This document shows, piece after piece, positions 28,555 through 36,588 of a DNA stretch of 42,080 nucleotides. A model generated the notes under the pieces. The model saw only the letters and a list, made by a program, of their open reading frames with translations, was not told where the DNA came from and made no database searches. A program made the translations under genes and the position numbers. Each line of letters starts with the position of its first letter. The first letter of the stretch is position 1. Location: the NCBI GenBank assembly GCA_035629195.1, contig DASPIH010000102.1, positions 1-42,080 of the forward strand. Direction: 5' to 3'. The stretch comes from Blastococcus sp. GTDB lineage: Bacteria; Actinomycetota; Actinomycetes; Mycobacteriales; Geodermatophilaceae.

Positions 28555-28595
28555 CCGGGGAGACGGTCGAGGTCAGACCTCGACCGTCTCCCCGG
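28555..28595. terminator. Perfect 41-bp palindrome between convergent genes (bidirectional terminator candidate)
   Basis: CCGGGGAGACGGTCGAGGTC-A-GACCTCGACCGTCTCCCCGG. Confidence 0.7.
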
Positions 28596-29208
28596 TGGCC
28601 AGCCGGCTGAAGGGGGTCGGGGTCTTCGGGCCCCGCCCCACCAGCCCCCCGATGACGGCGAACCCGGCCTCGTTGAGCAGCCCGTCGTGCACCGAGTAGG
28701 CCTGGTCGGCGTGGACCTCCCGCACGTAGTCGATGACCTCGCCCGTCCGGGACCACGGCGCGTGCAGCGGCAGCAGGAGGGTGGTCACGGGCGCCTCCGG
28801 CACCGTGAAGGCGTCGCCCGGGTGGAACACCCGCCCGTCGACGAGGAAGCCGATGTTGGCGACCCGGGGGATGTCGGGGTGGAGATCCGCGTGCAGCTCC
28901 CCGTGGACCGACACCTCGAACCCGGCGGCCGTCACGACGTCGCCGTGCCCCACCACGTGCACCCGGGAGCCGGAGCCCTCGAGCTGCGCGGCGACCGAGG
29001 TGTTCGTCCACACCTCCAGCTCGGGTGAGGCCTCCAGCGCGCTCTTCAGCTGGTCGGCGACGAAGTGGTCCGCGTGCTCGTGCGTGACCAGCACCGCAGT
29101 GGCGCCCTCGAGGGCCGACGGGTCGGTGAAGGCTCCGGGATCGATGACGAGGCGCCGCTCACCGTCGGAGAGGACGACGCAGGCATGCCCATGCTTGGTG
29201 AGGTTCAT
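28573..29208 (-). CDS. MBL-fold metallo-hydrolase
   Basis: KHGHAC, IDPG, THEHADH, HPGD and HDG motifs. Confidence 0.9.
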   Translation of the reverse strand: MNLTKHGHACVVLSDGERRLVIDPGAFTDPSALEGATAVLVTHEHADHFVADQLKSALEASPELEVWTNTSVAAQLEGSGSRVHVVGHGDVVTAAGFEVSVHGELHADLHPDIPRVANIGFLVDGRVFHPGDAFTVPEAPVTTLLLPLHAPWSRTGEVIDYVREVHADQAYSVHDGLLNEAGFAVIGGLVGRGPKTPTPFSRLATGETVEV

Positions 29209-29325
29209 GCCTGCATCCTGCACCCGGCCTCGTCGGCGCGTGCCACCTGGTCGGCCCACCCCCTCGGGGTGAGACGTGGCCGGCCGGTGGTCACCGTCGT
29301 CCGCCGTCCTGCCGACTCCATCCGC

Positions 29326-29544
29326 ATGATGCTGCAGACCACCGTCCACGCCGCCGCCCGAAGCCGCGCCCACGGTCCCACCGCCGCGCTCTGGCACGCC
29401 GTCGAGCTGCACCGGCCCTCCGCCGAGCTCGACGGCGCCTGCGAACTCACGGTCTGCGGCTCGCTGGCGCGCATCGTGCCGGAGGAGCCGTGGCCGCTCC
29501 GGACCGTCGACGTCTGCCCGGTCTGCGCCGTCCTCGCCCGCTGA
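29326..29544 (+). CDS. Small hypothetical protein, putative zinc-binding (WHA...C....CG...CPVC)
   Basis: 72-aa ORF with GC-rich third positions filling the gap between two minus-strand genes; His plus Cys cluster. Confidence 0.65.
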   Translation: MMLQTTVHAAARSRAHGPTAALWHAVELHRPSAELDGACELTVCGSLARIVPEEPWPLRTVDVCPVCAVLAR

Positions 29545-29592
29545 CGGTCGCCCGGGCGCCCCGCCGCGGATCCCGGCCGCGTCCCGTGCGGG

Positions 29593-30369
29593 TCAGTGCC
29601 CGGTGAAGACCGGCGGCCGCTTGGCGAGGAAGGCCTCGACCGCCTCGCGGTGGTCGGCGCTCTGCCCGACCTCCGCCTGCAGCCGCCCCTCGAGGGCGAG
29701 GGTGTCCTCCAGCGAGTCGGTCGCCGCGGTCGCCAGCACCGTCTTCACGGCGCGGTAGGCCAGGGTCGGGCCGGCGGCGAGCCGCCCGGCCAGGTTCCGC
29801 GCCTCGTCCATCACCCGTTCCGGTGCGACGACCCGGTGCACGAGTCCCCACTCGGCGGCCTGCTCGGCCAGGAACGGCTCGGGGAAGAGCAGCAGCTCCG
29901 CGGCCCGCGACCCGCCCACGCTGTGCACGAGGCGGGCGGCCACCGCCGAGTCGCTCGACAGGCCGATCCCGGTGAACGCGGTGGTGAACTTCGCGCCCGC
30001 CGCGGCCACCCGGATGTCGCCGGCCAGGGCCAGCCCCAGCCCGGCGCCGGCGCACGCGCCGTTGATGCCGACGACGACCGGGACCCGCAGCGCGGCCAGC
30101 GCCAGGACCAGCGGGTTGTACTCGCGCTCCACGACCGACAGGGGCGCCGGCGCGCCGCTCTGCATCTCGGCCATGTGCTCGCCCAGGTCCTGCCCGACGC
30201 AGAACGCGCGCCCGGTGCCGGTGAGCAGCACCGCGCGCACGGACTCGTCGGTGGCCACCGCCTCCACCGCCGCGAGCAAGGCCTGCCGGGAGGCATGGGT
30301 GAAGGCGGGCTGCAGCAGGGTCAGGACGGCGACGCCGCCGGCGTCCTCCCTGGTCACGGTGTCGGACAT
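29593..30369 (-). CDS. Enoyl-CoA hydratase/isomerase (PaaG-like)
   Basis: AFCVGQDL, NGACAGAG, IGLSSDS and AFLAKRPP motifs; GGAGG RBS. Confidence 0.92.
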   Translation of the reverse strand: MSDTVTREDAGGVAVLTLLQPAFTHASRQALLAAVEAVATDESVRAVLLTGTGRAFCVGQDLGEHMAEMQSGAPAPLSVVEREYNPLVLALAALRVPVVVGINGACAGAGLGLALAGDIRVAAAGAKFTTAFTGIGLSSDSAVAARLVHSVGGSRAAELLLFPEPFLAEQAAEWGLVHRVVAPERVMDEARNLAGRLAAGPTLAYRAVKTVLATAATDSLEDTLALEGRLQAEVGQSADHREAVEAFLAKRPPVFTGH

Positions 30370-30469
30370 GGTCGTCCCGCCTCCGGTTCGCTCGGTGGAC
30401 CGCGACGTCCGCCGTCTCTCCTCGTGCACCCTGCCACGGACCGGCGGCACCCCGCCGTGCCCGTTGCCG

Positions 30470-30612
30470 ACCGGCTTCGTCCAGGTGCAGCGCAACCTGG
30501 GGACCGACCGCCTCGACGAGTACGTCCGGCACACGTCGTCCTCGGTCTTCGCGTGCCCGCCGGGAGTGCGCGATGCCTGGGTTGGTGGGGACACGCCCTG
30601 TTCCAGGGCTGA
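30470..30612 (+). pseudogene. efeB: Remnant of a Dyp-type peroxidase (EfeB-like) 3' end, frameshifted
   Basis: TGFVQVQRNLGTDRLDEYVRHTSSSVFACPPGVRDA, then in another frame WWGHALFQG-stop; matches my recollection of EfeB/DyP-A C-termini (not searched). Confidence 0.7.
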
Positions 30613-30827
30613 GCCGGACCGGGGGCAGTGGGCTGTGGCCCCGAGTGCACGGACAGCGATCGGCACGCCGTGGGCACAGCCGCGCCCGACGTCGCCGTCA
30701 GGACGGGTCGCCCGTTCGTGGACCATGGGCCGTCGGCATGTGTATGGCCCAACCGGAATGGACACATGCGTAGGTGCCGTATGGCACCCGGACTGCGATG
30801 GGCCCGCACAGGGGCGAGGAACGAGGA

Positions 30828-32522
30828 GTGGCCTCCGTGGTGGAACCAGGGCGCAGGTGCCTGGGAAACCGCTACGAGCTGCACCGGCTGATCGCCTCCG
30901 GCGGCATGGGCCAGGTGTGGCGCGGCCTGGACGTCGCCCTGCAGCGGCCGGTCGCCGTCAAGGTGCTCCGCAACGAGTACACGGGTGACCAGAGCTTCGT
31001 AGCCCGCTTCCGTGCCGAGGCCCAGCACGCCGCAGCGCTCAGCCATCCGCACATCGCCGCCGTCTTCGACTACGGCGAGGAGACCGCGCAGGACGGGTCG
31101 GGGGAGACTCTCGCCTATCTGGTGATGGAGCTCGTCGAGGGCGAGCCGCTGTCGGCGCTGCTGCACCGCGAGGGCGCCCTCCCCCTGGCCACGACGCTGT
31201 CGGTCCTGGGCCAGACGGCGTCGGCCCTCGCCGAGGCCCACCGCGCCGGCATGGTCCACCGCGACGTGAAGCCGGGCAACATCCTCGTCAGGCCCGACGG
31301 CGAGGTGAAGATCACCGACTTCGGGATCGCCTGGTCGGCGCGCAGCGTGGCCCTCACCCGCACCGGTCAGGTCATCGGCACCCCGCAGTACCTGTCCCCG
31401 GAGCAGGCGGAGGGCCGGCACGCCAGCCCGGCCAGCGACGTCTACGCGCTCGGCTTGATCGGGTACGAGTGCCTCACCGGCCATCCGGCGTTCGACGGTG
31501 ACAACGCCGTCACGATCGCGCTCAAGCAGGTCCGGCAGGAGCCGGAGCCGCTTCCCGCGGAACTGCCTCCCGGGGTGCGGACCCTCATCGGCCGCGCCCT
31601 CGTCAAGGATCCGGCTGCGCGGTTCGCCGACGGCGCCGCCTTCGCCGACGCGATCTCCGCCGTGCAGGCCGGTCACGAGCTGCCCTCCGTCATGGCCACG
31701 GTCGTGGCCCCCCGGGTCGAGGGGGCGGTGTCGTCGGGCCGCTCCGGCCGCCGGGCGGGTGCATCCGGCTCCGGCGGCTCGCGGAGCAGGTCCCGGGTCA
31801 GGACGCCTCCGGCGGCTCGCCGGCGCAATCGCACCGCGGTCGTGCTGCTCCCGCTGCTCGGTTCCCTGGCCGGAGCCGGGATCACGGCTGCACTGCTGCA
31901 GTCGCTCACCCAGGACGCGCCGGTGTCCACCGCCGTGGCGGCCGAGCAGGAGATCAGCGGCAGCTTCGTGCTGGAGCAGGACGGCTACGTGGGCCGGCCG
32001 GTCGGCGAGGTCACCGACCGGTTGACGGCGCTCGGGTTGACGGTGACCGTGCGCGCGGAGGTCCGCGGCGACGTCGACCCGGACCTGGTGACCGCCGTGG
32101 AACCGGCCGGCCGCCAACTGCGCGCCGGTGACCAGGTCGTCGTGTACTACGCCGCCCCCGACCGGGAGCGGAGCTCCGGCCGGGGGGCGGCCGGGACCGT
32201 TGCAGCCGTCGGTCCGGTCGCCCCGAGGTCCGCGCCGCCTCCCGCGACGACGACGCCGTCGCAACCGACGACCACCGCGCCGGCGCCGTCGTCCACGCCC
32301 GCGTCCCCGACGACGAGCGACGAGCCGAGTGCGCCGCCGACGACGTCCGCGTCGCCGACCTCGCCATCCCCGTCGCCGACTCCCCGGGCCACGCGCACGC
32401 CTCCGAGGACGACGCCCTCGACCACGGTGTCCACGCCTCCCACCACGAGGAGCACGACCACGCCGCCCACCACGGCCCCCACGACCACGGCCCCCACGAC
32501 CACGGCGTCGGCGCCCTCGTGA
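30828..32522 (+). CDS. PknA-like membrane Ser/Thr protein kinase
   Basis: ASGGMGQV, AVK, HRDVKPGN, DFG and YLSPEQ motifs; TM, a PASTA-like segment and a Pro/Thr/Ser-rich tail; start 30828 or 30837. Confidence 0.92.
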   Translation: MASVVEPGRRCLGNRYELHRLIASGGMGQVWRGLDVALQRPVAVKVLRNEYTGDQSFVARFRAEAQHAAALSHPHIAAVFDYGEETAQDGSGETLAYLVMELVEGEPLSALLHREGALPLATTLSVLGQTASALAEAHRAGMVHRDVKPGNILVRPDGEVKITDFGIAWSARSVALTRTGQVIGTPQYLSPEQAEGRHASPASDVYALGLIGYECLTGHPAFDGDNAVTIALKQVRQEPEPLPAELPPGVRTLIGRALVKDPAARFADGAAFADAISAVQAGHELPSVMATVVAPRVEGAVSSGRSGRRAGASGSGGSRSRSRVRTPPAARRRNRTAVVLLPLLGSLAGAGITAALLQSLTQDAPVSTAVAAEQEISGSFVLEQDGYVGRPVGEVTDRLTALGLTVTVRAEVRGDVDPDLVTAVEPAGRQLRAGDQVVVYYAAPDRERSSGRGAAGTVAAVGPVAPRSAPPPATTTPSQPTTTAPAPSSTPASPTTSDEPSAPPTTSASPTSPSPSPTPRATRTPPRTTPSTTVSTPPTTRSTTTPPTTAPTTTAPTTTASAPS

Positions 32523-34126
32523 CGGCTGCGGGACCTGCCGGTGCCTCGCTGCTGGGCGGCCGGTACGAACTGCTGACCCTGCTGGCCTCCGGCGGCATGG
32601 GCCAGGTCTGGCGTGGCCGCGACGTGCTGCTGCAGCGGCCGGTCGCGGTGAAGGTCCTGCGCAGCGAGTTCACCGGGAACGCCACCTTCCTGGCGCGATT
32701 CCGGGCCGAGGCGCAGCACACCGCCGTCCTCACGCACCCGAACATCGCCGCGCTCTTCGACTACGGCGAGACGTCCTCGGACGACGGCGAGCACCTGGCC
32801 TATCTGGTGATGGAGCTGGTCGAGGGCGAATCCCTCGCGCAGCTCCTGGACCGGAACGGTCGGCTCGGGGCCGCGCGCACGCTGGACGTCCTGGAGCAGG
32901 CCGCCGCGGGACTGGCGGCCGCGCACACTGCCGGGCTCGTGCACCGCGACGTCAAGCCGGGCAACGTGCTCGTCGGTGCGGACGGCACGGTGAAGATCAC
33001 CGACTTCGGGATCGCCTGGTCGGCCGGCAGCGCCCCGCTGACCCAGACGGGCCAGGTGATCGGCACCGCGCACTACCTCGCGCCGGAGCAGGCCGCCGGC
33101 GAGAAGGCGGGCCCGGCCAGCGACGTCTACGCGCTCGGCATGATCGCCTACGAGTGCCTGGCGGGGCACCGGGCCTTCGACGGCGAGAACTCGGTGCAGA
33201 TCGCCCTGCGGCACCTGCGCGAGGTGCCCGCTCCACTGCCCGGCGACGTCCCCGAGCCGGTGCGGACGCTCGTCGACCGGGCACTGCTGAAGGATCCCTC
33301 GGCGCGCTACCCCGACGGCGCGGCCTTCCGCGACGCGATCGGGGACGTGCGCGCGGGCCGCCCGCTGGCACCTGCACCGGTCGCGGCCGGCACGCGGCCG
33401 TTCCCGGCGGTGGGGCACCAGCCGCGCCGCTCTCTCCGGCGGCGCCTCGTGGCACCCCTGGCGGCGCTGGTCGCGGGGGTGGGGTTGGGGGTCGGCGCCC
33501 TGCAGGCGTGGGGCGACGCGCCGGCCGGTTCCGTCGCGCAGGCCGTGGCCGGAGCCGAGATCGTGCCGTCGGTCGTGGTCGACGCCGCGGACCTCGTCGG
33601 CCGTCCCGTGGACGCGGTGGAGGCCGAGCTGGTCGGCCGGGGGCTGGGTGTCCAGCGGGCGGCCCGGGAGACCTCAGGGGTGACGGCCGGTCTGGTCACC
33701 GAGGTGGGGCCCGTCGGAACCGTGACCCCGGGGACGGTGATCACCCTCACCTACGCGGTCGCGCCACCCGCTCCGCCTGCGGGCGCCTCCTCGGCTGCGC
33801 CCGTTCCTTCCTCCGCGCCCGTCCGAGCGCCTGCGCCCGTCCCGGTCCCCGTCCCGGTCCCTGCGCCTGTCCCTGTACCGGTCCCTGCGCCGGTCCCGGC
33901 TCCCGCGCCGGCTGTCGCGGTCGAGGCCCCGGTTGTCGCGGTCGAGGCGCCGGACACCGGTGCGAACGACGACCACCCCACGGCCGGGGGCGAGAACGGC
34001 GCCGCTCGCCGGAACGGCGACGGCGACGCCCCCGGCCAGGGCAACGGCAACGGCAACGGCGGACCGGGTGGCAACGGTCAGGGCAACGGACCCGGCAAGG
34101 GCAACGGCAACGGCAGGGGCGGCTGA
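32519..34126 (+). CDS. PknA-like membrane Ser/Thr protein kinase (tandem paralog)
   Basis: Same kinase motifs (HRDVKPGN, DFG, YLAPEQ); GTGA overlap; TM, a PASTA-like segment, (A/V)P repeats and a Gly-Asn tail. Confidence 0.92.
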   Translation: MTAAGPAGASLLGGRYELLTLLASGGMGQVWRGRDVLLQRPVAVKVLRSEFTGNATFLARFRAEAQHTAVLTHPNIAALFDYGETSSDDGEHLAYLVMELVEGESLAQLLDRNGRLGAARTLDVLEQAAAGLAAAHTAGLVHRDVKPGNVLVGADGTVKITDFGIAWSAGSAPLTQTGQVIGTAHYLAPEQAAGEKAGPASDVYALGMIAYECLAGHRAFDGENSVQIALRHLREVPAPLPGDVPEPVRTLVDRALLKDPSARYPDGAAFRDAIGDVRAGRPLAPAPVAAGTRPFPAVGHQPRRSLRRRLVAPLAALVAGVGLGVGALQAWGDAPAGSVAQAVAGAEIVPSVVVDAADLVGRPVDAVEAELVGRGLGVQRAARETSGVTAGLVTEVGPVGTVTPGTVITLTYAVAPPAPPAGASSAAPVPSSAPVRAPAPVPVPVPVPAPVPVPVPAPVPAPAPAVAVEAPVVAVEAPDTGANDDHPTAGGENGAARRNGDGDAPGQGNGNGNGGPGGNGQGNGPGKGNGNGRGG

Positions 34127-34166
34127 GCACTCCCGAGCTGTCGCTCCGGCAGCGGAGTGCCGCGGC

Positions 34167-34844
34167 TCAGCCGGCGCGCCGCCCCGCCCTCAGCCACAGC
34201 GCCCCGCCCAGGGCACCGAGTGCGGCGGTGTGCAGGAAGCCGCGGTCGCTGCCGGCGTCGGGTAGCACGACCAGGATCCAGAAGACGGCGAGGCCGACGA
34301 GCCCCGCTGCGGCGATCCGCCAGCCCGACCCTGCCAGGCGCCCACCTCCCGGGACCAGCTCCGCCACGGCGCCCAGGCCCAGGACCACGCAGACCGTGGC
34401 GAACGCCGACCACAGCGGAACGGTGGACCAGGACGACTCCGAGCCGAACTCCAGCGTCAGACCGACCTGCAGCAGGACGAGGGACAGCAGCACGAGAGCC
34501 GCGGCGGTCGGCGCCGATTGGTCCCGGGGCGCCCCCGGGGCCGCCGCTGCATCAGCGGCGTCCTCCAGCACCGGCGGGCTGCCCGCCGCCGGAGTCGACG
34601 TCGGAGTCGACGTCGGAGTCGGCGCGCCGACACCGGGGAGCCCGGCCGTGAAGTCGACGGGGCTGGTCTCCCGGTGCGCCCCGGGAGGCGCGGACCGGGG
34701 AGCCGGTGCCGACGGCGGGGGGAGCTGCTGCACCGAGGTCGCTCCGGCGGCGGAGGCCGGGGCGAGCAGGGGGATCTCCTGCGTCGACGACGGCGCGGGG
34801 CCGGCGGGCGCGCCCAGGAACTGTGGATCGGTCGGCGTGCTCAG
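34167..34844 (-). CDS. Hypothetical membrane protein (Pro/Ala-rich N-terminus, 4 C-terminal TM helices)
   Basis: C-terminal part of ORF 34167-36425; GAGGAGG RBS precedes CTG at 34844 (alternative TTG at 34874). Confidence 0.7.
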   Translation of the reverse strand: MSTPTDPQFLGAPAGPAPSSTQEIPLLAPASAAGATSVQQLPPPSAPAPRSAPPGAHRETSPVDFTAGLPGVGAPTPTSTPTSTPAAGSPPVLEDAADAAAAPGAPRDQSAPTAAALVLLSLVLLQVGLTLEFGSESSWSTVPLWSAFATVCVVLGLGAVAELVPGGGRLAGSGWRIAAAGLVGLAVFWILVVLPDAGSDRGFLHTAALGALGGALWLRAGRRAG

Positions 34845-34994
34845 GGTGGCCTCCTCGCGACCTCCGGCGGACAACCGGTCGGTGGTGTCTCGTTCGACGC
34901 TATCGGCGCCCGGGCGCCGCGGCGGTAGGGCGTCCGGCGCGGCACGACATTTTCCGGTGCTGCCGGACACCGCACACCGCCCTAGGGTCGGGCC

Positions 34995-36278
34995 GTGGTC
35001 ACACGAGCCGGCATCGTCGTCACCGGCACCGAGGTCCTCACCGGTCGGGTGCCCGACCGCAACGGCCCCTGGCTGGCCGAGGAGCTGCGCCGTCTCGGCG
35101 TCGATGTCGGGCACGTCGTGGTGGTCGGGGACCGGCCCGACGACCTGCGCGCCACGCTCGCCTTCCTCGGCGGGCTCGGCACCGACCTCGTGATCACCAC
35201 CGGCGGCCTCGGCCCCACCGCCGACGACCTCACCGCCCAGGTGGTGGCGGCCCACCAGGGGCGGTCCTCCGCGGTCGACGCGGGCCTCGAGCAGCGGGTC
35301 GCGGCGGTCGTGGAACGGCTCATGGCCCGGCGGGGCTGGCGGTCCGACCCCGAGGCCACGGCGGCGGGCGTGCGCAAGCAGGCGACGGTGCCCGAGGGCG
35401 CCACGGTGCTGGAACCGGTCGGCACCGCCCCGGGGCTGGTGGTTCCTCCGGCGGACGGGCGCACCGGTCCACCGGTCGTGGTCCTGCCCGGACCGCCGGG
35501 GGAGTTGCGCGGGATGTGGCCGGATGCGGTGGCCGCCGCTCCGGTGCGTGCGGTGCTGGCCGGGGCGGGCGAGCTGCGTCAGGAGACGCTCCGGCTGTGG
35601 GGCACGCTCGAGGCTCAACTGGCCGGAACCCTGCGCGAGATCGAGCCGGAGCTGGCCGGACTGGAGATCACCACCTGCCTGCGCGAGGGCGAGCTGGAGA
35701 TCGTCACCCGCTTCGCGCCCGATGCGCAGCCGGCCTACGACCGGCTCGCCACGGTGATCGGGCAGCGCTACGCCGACACCCTCTTCTCGACCGGCCCCGC
35801 CCTCGACGAGCTGGTCGTCAGCGCCCTGGCCGATCGAGGGCTGACGATCGCCACCGGGGAGTCCTGCACCGGAGGTCTGCTGGCCGCCCGCCTCACCGAG
35901 CGGGCCGGGTCCTCCGCCTACGTGCTGGGCGGCGTCACGGCGTACGCCGACAGCGCCAAGGAGCAGGTGCTGGGTGTGCCGGCAGCCGTCCTCGCCGAGC
36001 ACGGCGCCGTGAGCCCGGAGGTCGCCCGTGCGCTCGCCGAGGGTGCCCGCGACCGGTTCGGTGCCGCGATCGGCGTGGGCATCACCGGGATCGCCGGTCC
36101 GGGCGGCGGGACGGCGGCCAAGCCCGTCGGCACGGTGCACGTCTGCGTCGTCGCGCCGGACGGTGCCGACCAGCGGGCGCTCGCACTGTTCGGCAGCCGG
36201 TCCGCCGTGCGGGAACGATCCGTCACCATGGCACTGCACCTGCTGCGCCAACTGCTGCTCGGGGGCCCGCCCGCCTGA
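34995..36278 (+). CDS. cinA: Competence/damage-inducible protein CinA (MoCF domain + NMN deamidase PncC)
   Basis: GTEVLTG, TGGLGPTADD, LPGPP.E, ESCTGG, HGAVS, TGIAGPGGG and KPVG motifs. Confidence 0.93.
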   Translation: MVTRAGIVVTGTEVLTGRVPDRNGPWLAEELRRLGVDVGHVVVVGDRPDDLRATLAFLGGLGTDLVITTGGLGPTADDLTAQVVAAHQGRSSAVDAGLEQRVAAVVERLMARRGWRSDPEATAAGVRKQATVPEGATVLEPVGTAPGLVVPPADGRTGPPVVVLPGPPGELRGMWPDAVAAAPVRAVLAGAGELRQETLRLWGTLEAQLAGTLREIEPELAGLEITTCLREGELEIVTRFAPDAQPAYDRLATVIGQRYADTLFSTGPALDELVVSALADRGLTIATGESCTGGLLAARLTERAGSSAYVLGGVTAYADSAKEQVLGVPAAVLAEHGAVSPEVARALAEGARDRFGAAIGVGITGIAGPGGGTAAKPVGTVHVCVVAPDGADQRALALFGSRSAVRERSVTMALHLLRQLLLGGPPA

Positions 36279-36588
36279 CCCGCTTCCCGCGGGTCCTCGA
36301 CAACTGTGGGCAGTGCCACATCCGGTGCTGCTGGACGCCCCGCTCGCCAGGTGCTCGACCGGGTTCTCGCCTCCTGCCTGGGCGGGAACCCCGACGGCGC
36401 GACCGGGTGCCCTGCAGGCGGGCACGACCCGTGCCGTCGGGGTCGCGGGAGTCGCCGTCGCGATCGCCGGAGGAGCTGCCCGAGCTATTACTCTGTGGAG
36501 CGGTTCACGTGCTGCCCGGCATCCCGCCGCGAGCTGCCGTGCGCGGTGTCCGCAGGCGCGGACCGGAAGAGGAACGAGAGCGGGCAGC

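Noticed and set aside
34591-34622. 12-bp tandem repeat GGAGTCGACGTC
   Set aside because: Simply encodes a PTST low-complexity linker in the membrane protein.
36279-36588. Possible riboswitch or ncRNA (e.g. c-di-GMP) upstream of the PAS-GGDEF-EAL gene
   Set aside because: Only generic GC-rich hairpins; no recognisable aptamer motifs. An Infernal/Rfam scan would be needed.
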